DNA from: Candidatus Lokiarchaeum ossiferum
GTDB lineage: Archaea; Asgardarchaeota; Lokiarchaeia; Sigyniarchaeales; Promethearchaeaceae
Direction of reading: 5' to 3'
DNA length: 32,000 bases
Assembly (NCBI GenBank): GCA_025839675.1
Contig: CP104013.1
Span: forward strand, 3,420,001-3,452,000
Numbering within the stretch: position 1 is the stretch's first letter; each line of letters opens with the position of its first letter. The translations under genes and the position numbers were made by a program. This document shows positions 1 to 7,325 of this stretch, piece by piece. The notes under the pieces were generated by a model. The model was not told where the DNA came from and made no database searches. It worked only from the letters and a program-made list of their open reading frames with translations.

Positions 1-233
1 CTATTACTTGGTTAATCTCTGTTGCAGCTTTTATTCTCGGGGGTGCTATTGCTTTAGGTATTAGTTATTCTATTATCAAACCTAGTGTTGCAAAGAAAAC
101 CTCAAGTGATGATAATTCCACAACAGATGATGACGTAATGACAACCTCAGATGAAGTTGAAGAAGAAGTGCAAGAAGACGCTCCAAAATCAGATCAAAAA
201 ACAAAGAAGAAAAAATTAATCCGTAAGTTGTAA
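1..233 (+). CDS. 3' end of a CDS entering from upstream: C-terminal membrane anchor plus acidic/lysine tail (partial)
   Basis: The frame beginning at nt 3 is open to TAA at 231-233. It reads ITWLISVAAFILGGAIALGISYSII (one hydrophobic helix), then KPSVAKKTSSDDNSTTDDDVMTTSDEVEEEVQEDAPKSDQKTKKKKLIRKL*. It is absent from the ORF track because it has no start in the window. No family is assignable. Confidence 0.45.
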   Translation, partial: ITWLISVAAFILGGAIALGISYSIIKPSVAKKTSSDDNSTTDDDVMTTSDEVEEEVQEDAPKSDQKTKKKKLIRKL

Positions 234-275
234 CCCTTTTTCTTCTAACAACCTTTTTTCTTTACTTATTCTCTT

Positions 276-1232
276 CTAACGATGTTTTATCATTTCCTCT
301 AATTCTTTCAACTTATCAGATACCACTTGTGAAGATCCAAAAAGTGTCGGAAATATATTATTGTTTTTATCTGGACTTATGACAATTAGCATCCCATAAT
401 CATTGATTTCTTTGAGAATAATAAATCGAGTTTCTGTGGTAAAAATATAGGAATCCAAATACATATGTTCCTGCTTAGATTGCTGGAAGGCTTCTTGAAT
501 TGATTCAAAGATCGAATCAATATTTGATTCCATCAGTGCGATATCCAATGGGATGTATTTTAAAGGATCTGCAGGAATATCCCCTAATGTTGATGTAGTG
601 ATTAATCCATCTGGACGGTTTAACAAGATCAATTCACAATTAATGTCCGCTTTTATGGATTCTAACATTTCCCGAATATTTTTCCTTTTCTGGAGTTCAA
701 GAACAGAATTTTCCAAAGCATTATCAAGAATTTCAATCAATCGATGTTGAGCCGTGCCATGTTTCACAGAAACGGGGGTGAATTCTAATAAGTGGAGATA
801 TTTTGGGTCAATTTCCAACCGCAATAATTCAAACAGCTTGTTCGGATCTGCTCCTTCAACATCAGTTTTATTCATCAAAACATAAATCCGTTTAACTTGG
901 GGAGATAATTCGACAATATTTTCTACAAATTGTTTGAAGAGCTTTGCTTGTTCTGGGTGCAATTCTGAACAATCCTCCATGAATATGGGAATTGATACTT
1001 CAGAAAATAAACTTTCTCGTTGGTTTTCAGAAAAATATCGTTTAAGATATTTATCTTGCCCGCCAGAATCCCATGCATTGATTTCAAGCAATCCCCGAAA
1101 GAGATAGTTTTCTCTGCTAATTCCTCTAGTAGGTGGGATGTTTATCAGTTGCAAAAATGTATAGCCTTCACAGGTTGATTTCAGTAATGAAGTTTTCCCA
1201 ACAGCAGCATTTCCGAATACAAGCGTCTTCAC
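276..1232 (-). CDS. Small GTPase (Rag/Gtr1-like G domain) fused to a C-terminal roadblock/LC7-like domain
   Basis: G1 is GNAAVGKTS, the switch I Thr lies in PPTRGI, G3 is WDSGGQ, G4 is NKTD and G5 is like SVK. The stretch WDSGGQDKYLKRYFSENQRESLFSEVSIPIFMED resembles the Rag/Gtr1 pattern after G3. Residues ~185-318 (ELILLNRPDGLITTS...RFIILKEINDYGMLIVISP) look roadblock-like. The start is GTG at 1232, 6 codons before the P-loop. Confidence 0.8.
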   Translation of the reverse strand: MKTLVFGNAAVGKTSLLKSTCEGYTFLQLINIPPTRGISRENYLFRGLLEINAWDSGGQDKYLKRYFSENQRESLFSEVSIPIFMEDCSELHPEQAKLFKQFVENIVELSPQVKRIYVLMNKTDVEGADPNKLFELLRLEIDPKYLHLLEFTPVSVKHGTAQHRLIEILDNALENSVLELQKRKNIREMLESIKADINCELILLNRPDGLITTSTLGDIPADPLKYIPLDIALMESNIDSIFESIQEAFQQSKQEHMYLDSYIFTTETRFIILKEINDYGMLIVISPDKNNNIFPTLFGSSQVVSDKLKELEEMIKHR

Positions 1233-1252
1233 TATTAAAAATCGGATTTAAT

Positions 1253-1264
1253 CCTTATAAAAAG
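1253..1264 (-). promoter_or_regulatory. Candidate archaeal TATA box for the GTPase gene (leaderless-type spacing)
   Basis: The minus strand reads CTTTTTATAAGG, centred ~27 nt upstream of the GTG start at 1232. This matches the archaeal TATA-to-TSS distance if the transcript is leaderless. Judged by eye only. Confidence 0.3.
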
Positions 1265-1439
1265 TTCGCAGAGATAAAAATAATGGAGAAAAAGTTTTTA
1301 TTGGGCTATTGGCTTAAAAACATGGTCTATGATGATGTTACCCCCGAAGATATATGCTTTAGCATGTAAATGATTCACTTTTATAATTCTGAGACCAAAA
1401 ATGCTTGAATTGCCGTTGAATTAGAATTAAATGCTAGTA

Positions 1440-1667
1440 TTAGATTAAGTGGCGCATGAAGTAGTCAATTTGCTTCTTCGAGTTTTCATAGGCCTTTTCA
1501 ATATTTTTCCCAAAAAGCTTTGGCATTACTTCCTCGATGGAATAGTCAATTATTTTTGACAATTTATCAAAATTCTTGAGATTAGAACCTATATTTTGAA
1601 TAATTTTGGAATAATCTACTTTGGTTTTTTTGTTTATTTCTTCGATTTCATTTGATCCTTCAGTCAT
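1440..1667 (-). CDS. Hypothetical 75-aa helical protein (orphan)
   Basis: ATG ORF starting 21 nt downstream of the activase stop, with an SD-like GAGAGGT 7 nt upstream of the ATG (minus strand). The sequence is K/E/I-rich and I recognise no motif. Confidence 0.5.
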   Translation of the reverse strand: MTEGSNEIEEINKKTKVDYSKIIQNIGSNLKNFDKLSKIIDYSIEEVMPKLFGKNIEKAYENSKKQIDYFMRHLI

Positions 1668-1688
1668 TGATGCAACCTCTCTATCGAA

Positions 1689-2792
1689 TTAAAAAACAGC
1701 CCATTTTCCACACCGATCTCCCCAACGGGCTACTACTTCTTTTCGTTCTTTACCATTCTCATCTGTATCTCCTGTTTTCATAAGAACAGATACAACTTCA
1801 CAACGATTAGGACAACCCTGACACCGAAATGCTTTAGTTTGAAATTCAATATCCAAAACATCAAAGCCTCGGAATTTTGTTTGCCATTTACCCGCTATTT
1901 TTTCTGTCCGGTGAGCTTCTTCCATTACTAAAATTGCTGCCCCAATTGCTCCCATTAAGATATTATTTTCTGGGACGATAACTTTTGCGTTCAAAGCTTT
2001 TTCAAAAGATTTCACAAGACCCTTATTAAAACTAACTCCTCCTTGGAATACAATGGGCCCTTCAATAACTTTTCCTTTACCAACGTTATTAAGATAATTT
2101 CTTACTAAAGCGTCACAGAGTCCTTTAATGATGTCCTCCTTAGAATATCCCATTTGGGCTTTATGAATCATATCTGATTCCGCAAAAACACCACATCGTC
2201 CTGCAATATTGACTTCCGTTTCAGATCGAAGTGCATATTCCCCAAATTTTTCAATCGGAATTCCTAGGCGAGTTGCTTGATGATCTAAGAAACTTCCGGT
2301 TCCCGCAGCGCATACTGAATTCATTGCAAAATCAGCTACAATTCCATTGCGCAAAATTATTATTTTAGAGTCTTGACCCCCAATTTCAAGTATTGTCTTG
2401 ACATCCGGATAGAAAGTTGAAGAAGCTACTGCATGGGAAATGATTTCAGTTTTTGCAATATCCCCTCCTACCACACTTTTAATCAAGTACCGGGCTGAAC
2501 CTGTAGTTCCAACTCCACAAATATTAATTTTATCTAGAATTCCATTAGATTCTAACTTATCTTTAAGTTCTTGTAATCCTTTTTTTGAAGATTCAATAGG
2601 ACTCCCTTGATTACGAAGCCAAAGTTTTTCGACAATATTCTTTTCTTCATCTAATAAGACTATCTTAAGAGAAACTGATCCAATGTCAATTCCCATGTAT
2701 ACATCGATCTTTTCATTCTTAAGTAGATGTTGGATATTTTGCATTTGTTGAATGGAAGTCACTTGAGTGTTTGCTGCTTTTTGCTGGGTCAT
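1689..2792 (-). CDS. BcrA/BadF/HgdC-type ATPase (activator of a 2-hydroxyacyl-CoA dehydratase / benzoyl-CoA reductase-family enzyme)
   Basis: Contains the ASKHA phosphate-1 motif YMGIDIGSVSLK, GVGTTGSAR and EIGGQDSK. The conserved cysteines in NSVCAAGTGSF and AGRCGVFAESD sit at positions that bridge a [4Fe-4S] in HgdC-type activators. There is an additional C-terminal Cys motif, FRCQGCPNRCEV...WGDRCGKW. Confidence 0.9.
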   Translation of the reverse strand: MTQQKAANTQVTSIQQMQNIQHLLKNEKIDVYMGIDIGSVSLKIVLLDEEKNIVEKLWLRNQGSPIESSKKGLQELKDKLESNGILDKINICGVGTTGSARYLIKSVVGGDIAKTEIISHAVASSTFYPDVKTILEIGGQDSKIIILRNGIVADFAMNSVCAAGTGSFLDHQATRLGIPIEKFGEYALRSETEVNIAGRCGVFAESDMIHKAQMGYSKEDIIKGLCDALVRNYLNNVGKGKVIEGPIVFQGGVSFNKGLVKSFEKALNAKVIVPENNILMGAIGAAILVMEEAHRTEKIAGKWQTKFRGFDVLDIEFQTKAFRCQGCPNRCEVVSVLMKTGDTDENGKERKEVVARWGDRCGKWAVF

Positions 2793-2829
2793 TTTTTCAC
2801 TGATTTCCTAATTATTTTATAACGTGCCA

Positions 2830-4104
2830 TTACTCGTTTTTATTTTTTGGGGTTTTTTTCAATAATTGAGGTTTTTTAATCATAGAGAGCATATCGCAAA
2901 AGGGATTGAAGACATGTTCTACAAAATTATTGAATTTATAATATTTATTTGATTTTCCATACATTTCTTGGATTTCCGATGGCTCAACATATACTCCTTG
3001 AAATTTTGGGTTATTTTCACGATTGGCTTTCATCAAATCTATGAAGGCTTCTAATCGTGTTCGCATCCCTTCATATCCGGTATGTTCATCGAAAGCAAAA
3101 AACTGAACCGGTAAATAGAATGGATCAGGGCTTTGCCCTTCGATTATTCCTCGGGCGGTGACTTCTGGCATGCATGTAAATGGATATATATGGACAAAAC
3201 CATCAAATCCTTCTTCTTGACTTTGAATATAATGGCCTATCACCCAGATTGCTTCACCTCCAATATCAATTGGTATATATGGTTTAGAAATTCGTTCAAG
3301 ATTCTTCCGTTTATAATTTAAGTGAAGTTTATGCAAAACCCATCCATATAAACTGTTCCCCAAATGGACTTCAATCCCTTCTTCTCCAAATTTCTTGATT
3401 AAATCCATATTGATGAAATTTTCCAGCACCACATGGTTTTCACCTGCTAACATGATTCTTAAAGGTTGGAAATCACGCTTAATTGGTATTTTTTGAAATT
3501 CGGTGCGAATCACTTGATCAAAAGAATGTAATTTAAACATATCATTTTCATTATCTAATCTCTTTAATAAGCGGGACACGATCTTGGTTGTATCGCCTCT
3601 ATGGATTTCTCGACATCGAATTAATCCTTCCAAACGGACAATGTCCTCAATATAACTTCCTTTTACAAATGAATAGCGAATTGCAGGAATTAGATCAAAA
3701 AGCCGCATTACTTTTCCTTTCACTCGTGTTAATTTGAGTAGTGGATCCAACCACTGAAAATCAAGCAAATCATCTTGTTGAATGGGAATAATGATGACAT
3801 CGTATCCAAGATCTTTTAAGATTCGTTCCTGAATCGGGGCATAAAAACCAAGACGGCAGGGTCCGCAGTCTATAGACATGATGAACACATTCACATTGTG
3901 GTTTTCAATCATATTAATGAATTCACCAAGAGTGACTTTGAAGGGTAAACACACAAACTCGGGAGAATGCTTGGATCCTAATTTTACAATATCTTGGGTG
4001 ACATCTGGAGGAACAACAACTTCTACACCAGGTAAATGTTCAAATAAAGATTTGAACGGGATCCTACTATATCCCATTGAAGGGAAGCTTACTCTTATTG
4101 TCAT
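2830..4104 (-). CDS. 2-hydroxyacyl-CoA dehydratase D-component-like (HGD-D-like) subunit of the BCR/HAD-family enzyme
   Basis: The N-terminus VSFPSMGYSRIPFKSLFEHLPGVEVVVPP...SPEFVCLPFKVTLGEF and the later IYPFTCMPE are typical of the C-terminal halves of the large CoA-substrate-specific enzyme activase proteins. The gene is tightly linked to its neighbours (22-nt and 37-nt gaps). Confidence 0.75.
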   Translation of the reverse strand: MTIRVSFPSMGYSRIPFKSLFEHLPGVEVVVPPDVTQDIVKLGSKHSPEFVCLPFKVTLGEFINMIENHNVNVFIMSIDCGPCRLGFYAPIQERILKDLGYDVIIIPIQQDDLLDFQWLDPLLKLTRVKGKVMRLFDLIPAIRYSFVKGSYIEDIVRLEGLIRCREIHRGDTTKIVSRLLKRLDNENDMFKLHSFDQVIRTEFQKIPIKRDFQPLRIMLAGENHVVLENFINMDLIKKFGEEGIEVHLGNSLYGWVLHKLHLNYKRKNLERISKPYIPIDIGGEAIWVIGHYIQSQEEGFDGFVHIYPFTCMPEVTARGIIEGQSPDPFYLPVQFFAFDEHTGYEGMRTRLEAFIDLMKANRENNPKFQGVYVEPSEIQEMYGKSNKYYKFNNFVEHVFNPFCDMLSMIKKPQLLKKTPKNKNE

Positions 4105-4126
4105 AATGTATCATTTCTTGATTTCT

Positions 4127-5068
4127 TTACTTATATTTTTCTCGACGGATCATGTCTACAAAAGATTCAATGCGGGTTGTCAATCCTGATTCCCCTGAAT
4201 GTTCATCTAAAATCAAATCCAAATATGGAATTTTGCGACGTTTCATATCTCGCATAACTAATTCTTGAATTAAACTATCAGGACCACATGCAAAAGAGAT
4301 CAAAAAAATCACCCCATCAACCTGATCACGACCTTCCGTAAGGTAATATCGAGCAGTTTTGAGAATCTCATCTTCGCTTTGCCAATATTGGTGGTATTGC
4401 TTGTTAATTGTGACTGGTTTTTTGAAAATTTCTTTTGGGTGCTTTTCTATGGTCATTATATGGCAATCCATGGCTTTTAATCGCGCGATTAAATCGATGT
4501 TGATATAAGCCTCATAGACATTGTATGGATGTCCTAGGATCACGATATTTAAGGGAAATTTGCCTTTCATTTCTTTCGACATTCGATGGCGAAAATGTTT
4601 TTCAGTCTGTTTATGGGCAGAATTTGAATCTAATTGATTTAAAAGTTCAATATAATCTCCCTTACGAGCTTGCGATTGGAATTTTTGAAATTTTTGCATC
4701 GCAAAATACCATGCTTCCCCCGATTTTTCTTGATCAAATCCTAACTCTTTCCCCATTTTGATCGCACCCTCAATTCCTTTCATTTTTTTTGCATTTACTT
4801 CCAAGGTTAAGATTGGTACAGGAATATTCATTCCATGTTTAACGGCTTCTGGTAGAATGAGGAATTTTGGGCAGAAATATTGTTCTTTATGATTAGAAAT
4901 ATATCGGGGGATGAAAATATAATCTAAATTTGAATATTCATCGATAAGTGCTTTTATATGACCAAAATATATCTTCATTGGAACACACAATTCCGAATTT
5001 GCGATTTTCGAGCCATTCTCAACTATGTTTGTAGTGGTTGCTGGGCTAAAAACTACTTCGCAGTTCAA
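4127..5068 (-). CDS. DUF2229-like (CoA enzyme activase domain) subunit; true start unresolved and probably upstream of 5068
   Basis: The track ORF starts at TTG 5068. The same frame stays open to 5242 and encodes KRVGIPRALYFYKYGPLWKAFLEN directly upstream, which is the conserved N-terminal motif of this domain family. The body contains SELCVPMK, FCPKF and ISFACGPDS motifs. See the finding at 5066-5245. Confidence 0.75.
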   Translation of the reverse strand: MNCEVVFSPATTTNIVENGSKIANSELCVPMKIYFGHIKALIDEYSNLDYIFIPRYISNHKEQYFCPKFLILPEAVKHGMNIPVPILTLEVNAKKMKGIEGAIKMGKELGFDQEKSGEAWYFAMQKFQKFQSQARKGDYIELLNQLDSNSAHKQTEKHFRHRMSKEMKGKFPLNIVILGHPYNVYEAYINIDLIARLKAMDCHIMTIEKHPKEIFKKPVTINKQYHQYWQSEDEILKTARYYLTEGRDQVDGVIFLISFACGPDSLIQELVMRDMKRRKIPYLDLILDEHSGESGLTTRIESFVDMIRREKYK

Positions 5069-5242
5069 GTTCTCAAGAAATGCTTTCCATAAAGGACCAT
5101 ATTTGTAAAAATATAGGGCTCGGGGAATACCAACTCTTTTCTTTCCATTAGTTGAAAGAAGGGTAATTGATGGATCAGCTATATTATTATTCGTTTTTTT
5201 CCCCTCGCATAAATTATCAATATCTTCTCTTCTTTTTCTTTT

Positions 5243-6034
5243 TTATGGCGCCTTTTTTTGTTCTTCCTCAGTGATCCAAACATCTGTCCAAAGTTTTTTA
5301 ACTTTTCTATGGATTTTTCGAGTTAATTTATCAACTTGCTTGAAATTCAGATCCTTGAAATCAGAAGCTTGAGTTATATTAGAAATTGGAATCAAATCCC
5401 CAAATTTGACTCGAATTTTACCCTGAGGATTAATAATAGATGCTTTTTTTCCATAAATACGATCAGTGCCATAGATTGCTATTGGTAAAATTGGTGCCTG
5501 GGTACTTATTGCCAGCCGTAAAAAATCTGATTTAAATTGTAAGAGTTTTCCATTTCCAGAACCCAACTCGCCTTCTGGAAACATAACTAACAGTTTCCCA
5601 TCAAAAAGTGTTTGTTCACATCGTTCAAAGGCTTCCATGTCTTCTTCTTGGGGGCGGACAAAAATTGCTTGATTTACTCGAAAAAAGTTTTGCAGCATGG
5701 AATCAGTTCCTAATTTCGTATCCAATACCTGAATAGGAATACGTTGACTTTTATGATTAATGACAATTGAAGAGATAATTGGATCTAAAGTAGATTGAGA
5801 GTTACAAATAATGATTGCTGGACCTTCTAATGGAATAGCTTTTGAATTGAAGATTTGTAAATCATAAATCTTCTTTAAGACATTGAAAAGAATAGGATCT
5901 TCGATTCCCTTTATAAATAGTTCATCTAAAGGTTCTAAATACCCAATTTTTTTAATTACTTGCCGAAATCCGTAGATAGAGTTATTAATAGAATCAATAA
6001 TAAAACGTTTTAGAAAATTCTCTTCTTTGGGCAT
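5243..6034 (-). CDS. PlsC/LPLAT-family acyltransferase-like protein with degenerate HX4D motif
   Basis: The acyltransferase fold blocks are present: GPAIIICNSQSTLDP (block I with Ser in place of the catalytic His), FPEGELGSGNG (block III without the usual TRS) and APILPIAIYG (block IV). ATG start at 6034. Confidence 0.7.
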   Translation of the reverse strand: MPKEENFLKRFIIDSINNSIYGFRQVIKKIGYLEPLDELFIKGIEDPILFNVLKKIYDLQIFNSKAIPLEGPAIIICNSQSTLDPIISSIVINHKSQRIPIQVLDTKLGTDSMLQNFFRVNQAIFVRPQEEDMEAFERCEQTLFDGKLLVMFPEGELGSGNGKLLQFKSDFLRLAISTQAPILPIAIYGTDRIYGKKASIINPQGKIRVKFGDLIPISNITQASDFKDLNFKQVDKLTRKIHRKVKKLWTDVWITEEEQKKAP

Positions 6035-6096
6035 TTTTAACTACTATTTTTAATGAATTGTTGAAAAAAAACTTAAAGATTTTGAAGAGATAAAAA

Positions 6097-7068
6097 TTAA
6101 GAAATAGATAAATCTTCGGCAGGGTTAAAGCCTGGATCCATAATCGATTTAGGAATTTTTGCGCGTTTTTTGGTTTTTTGTTGGGTAGATATTGCAAGAG
6201 AAGCAGGAACTTTTTCTCTTTTTGAAATGGTTCGGGATTCATTCATTTCTCCACTTTGCAATTTTAAAATATCATTTCGCATTGCATTTTTAATCAATTG
6301 TGCATTCTCGTAATTTGCTTCCAAGCTGGGATCGGCATATACCGGTTTGCCGATTACAATGGATATCTCATATCCACCTTTCCATTTGATAGAAGAAGGT
6401 CCTTTATGCTTAGGGAAGACTTTATATGCTCCAATTACTGCGCACGGAACGTAAGGTACTCCAGACTCCAATACTAATCGAGCTGCTCCACTTCGAAATT
6501 CTCCAAGTGAACCATCTGAAGATCGTGTTCCTTCGGGAAACATGCCAACACATCCGCCATTTTCAAGAACATTTCTGACATTTTGCATCGCTTCTTCATC
6601 TCGCTGTCCACGTTTCAATGGAATTGTGCCAAATGGTTTGATAAATGATTTAAAGATTGGGATTTGGAAATTTTCTGCTTTGGATAACCATTGTACTTTG
6701 CGATGAACGGCACTTCCCACTAGAAATGGATCTAATTCACTTTGATGATTAGCAATTACTAAGGCTCCACCGTATTCTGGAAAATTTTCTTTCCCTCGAA
6801 TAGGATATTTCCAATAGGTTTTAAATAACTTTATAAAATTAGTTCTTCCTACATTCCAGTAGATAAAATCGTCAAAAATGTCGAGAACTCCAAATCTTTT
6901 CATAACTTTTCTTGAAATATTAGATAGTGGGTCAATGGGATTGCATTTAATTAAGTATTTTCCAAAACTCATTTTCTTCCCAGTAGTTCTTCTTTTAATA
7001 GAATTATTTGCTTTTTCCATATCACTAAGCACCCCAATACTGATAGAAATTGCTTGTAGTTTAGTCAA
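6097..7068 (-). CDS. plsC: 1-acyl-sn-glycerol-3-phosphate acyltransferase-like (PlsC/LPLAT family), canonical motifs
   Basis: Contains GGALVIANHQSELDP (HX4D), GMFPEGTRSSDG, GAARL and VPYVPCAVIG. The track start at 7068 is TTG. An ATG 16 codons downstream (7018-7020, MEKANN...) is at least as likely to be the real start. Confidence 0.85.
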   Translation of the reverse strand: MTKLQAISISIGVLSDMEKANNSIKRRTTGKKMSFGKYLIKCNPIDPLSNISRKVMKRFGVLDIFDDFIYWNVGRTNFIKLFKTYWKYPIRGKENFPEYGGALVIANHQSELDPFLVGSAVHRKVQWLSKAENFQIPIFKSFIKPFGTIPLKRGQRDEEAMQNVRNVLENGGCVGMFPEGTRSSDGSLGEFRSGAARLVLESGVPYVPCAVIGAYKVFPKHKGPSSIKWKGGYEISIVIGKPVYADPSLEANYENAQLIKNAMRNDILKLQSGEMNESRTISKREKVPASLAISTQQKTKKRAKIPKSIMDPGFNPAEDLSIS

Positions 7069-7290
7069 ACAACCGTCTATACAAACGAATTAATCTTATT
7101 TATCTTGCTTCCAATAAAAAAGTAACCCAATATTCTGTCTTCGGAAAAGTATTACATATTTTTAAAAATGGATGATTTTTATAAATATTTGGATATGCGG
7201 AGAAATTTTCTATTTGTCTCAGTTTTTGGCCCAATAGGACAGAAAATTTGCCAAAAGAATTTTAAACCAGTAATCGGAAGTTATTTGTAG

Positions 7291-7310
7291 AAAGAAAAGA
7301 AATTTATTGA
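7291..7310 (+). promoter_or_regulatory. Candidate BRE/TATA pair for the giant membrane-protein gene
   Basis: A purine run AAAGAAAAGA is followed by AATTTATTGA, centred ~21-25 nt upstream of ATG 7326. Judged by eye only, in an AT-rich background. Confidence 0.25.
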
Positions 7311-7325
7311 GGTTTTCTGCACATC

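Noticed and set aside
553-1369. Plus-strand ORFs 553-750 and 1133-1369
   Set aside because: The first is antisense to the GTPase gene. The second overlaps the GTPase start and its promoter region. Neither has a motif.
3133-4761. Plus-strand ORFs 3133-3321, 3878-4189 and 4525-4761
   Set aside because: They are antisense to the HGD-D-like and DUF2229-like CDSs, which have clear family motifs.
5994-6242. 82-aa minus-strand ORF spanning the PlsC 3' end and the 62-bp intergenic gap
   Set aside because: It overlaps the well-supported PlsC CDS in another frame and runs through the intergenic promoter-like AT stretch. The sequence is low-complexity and K/F-rich.
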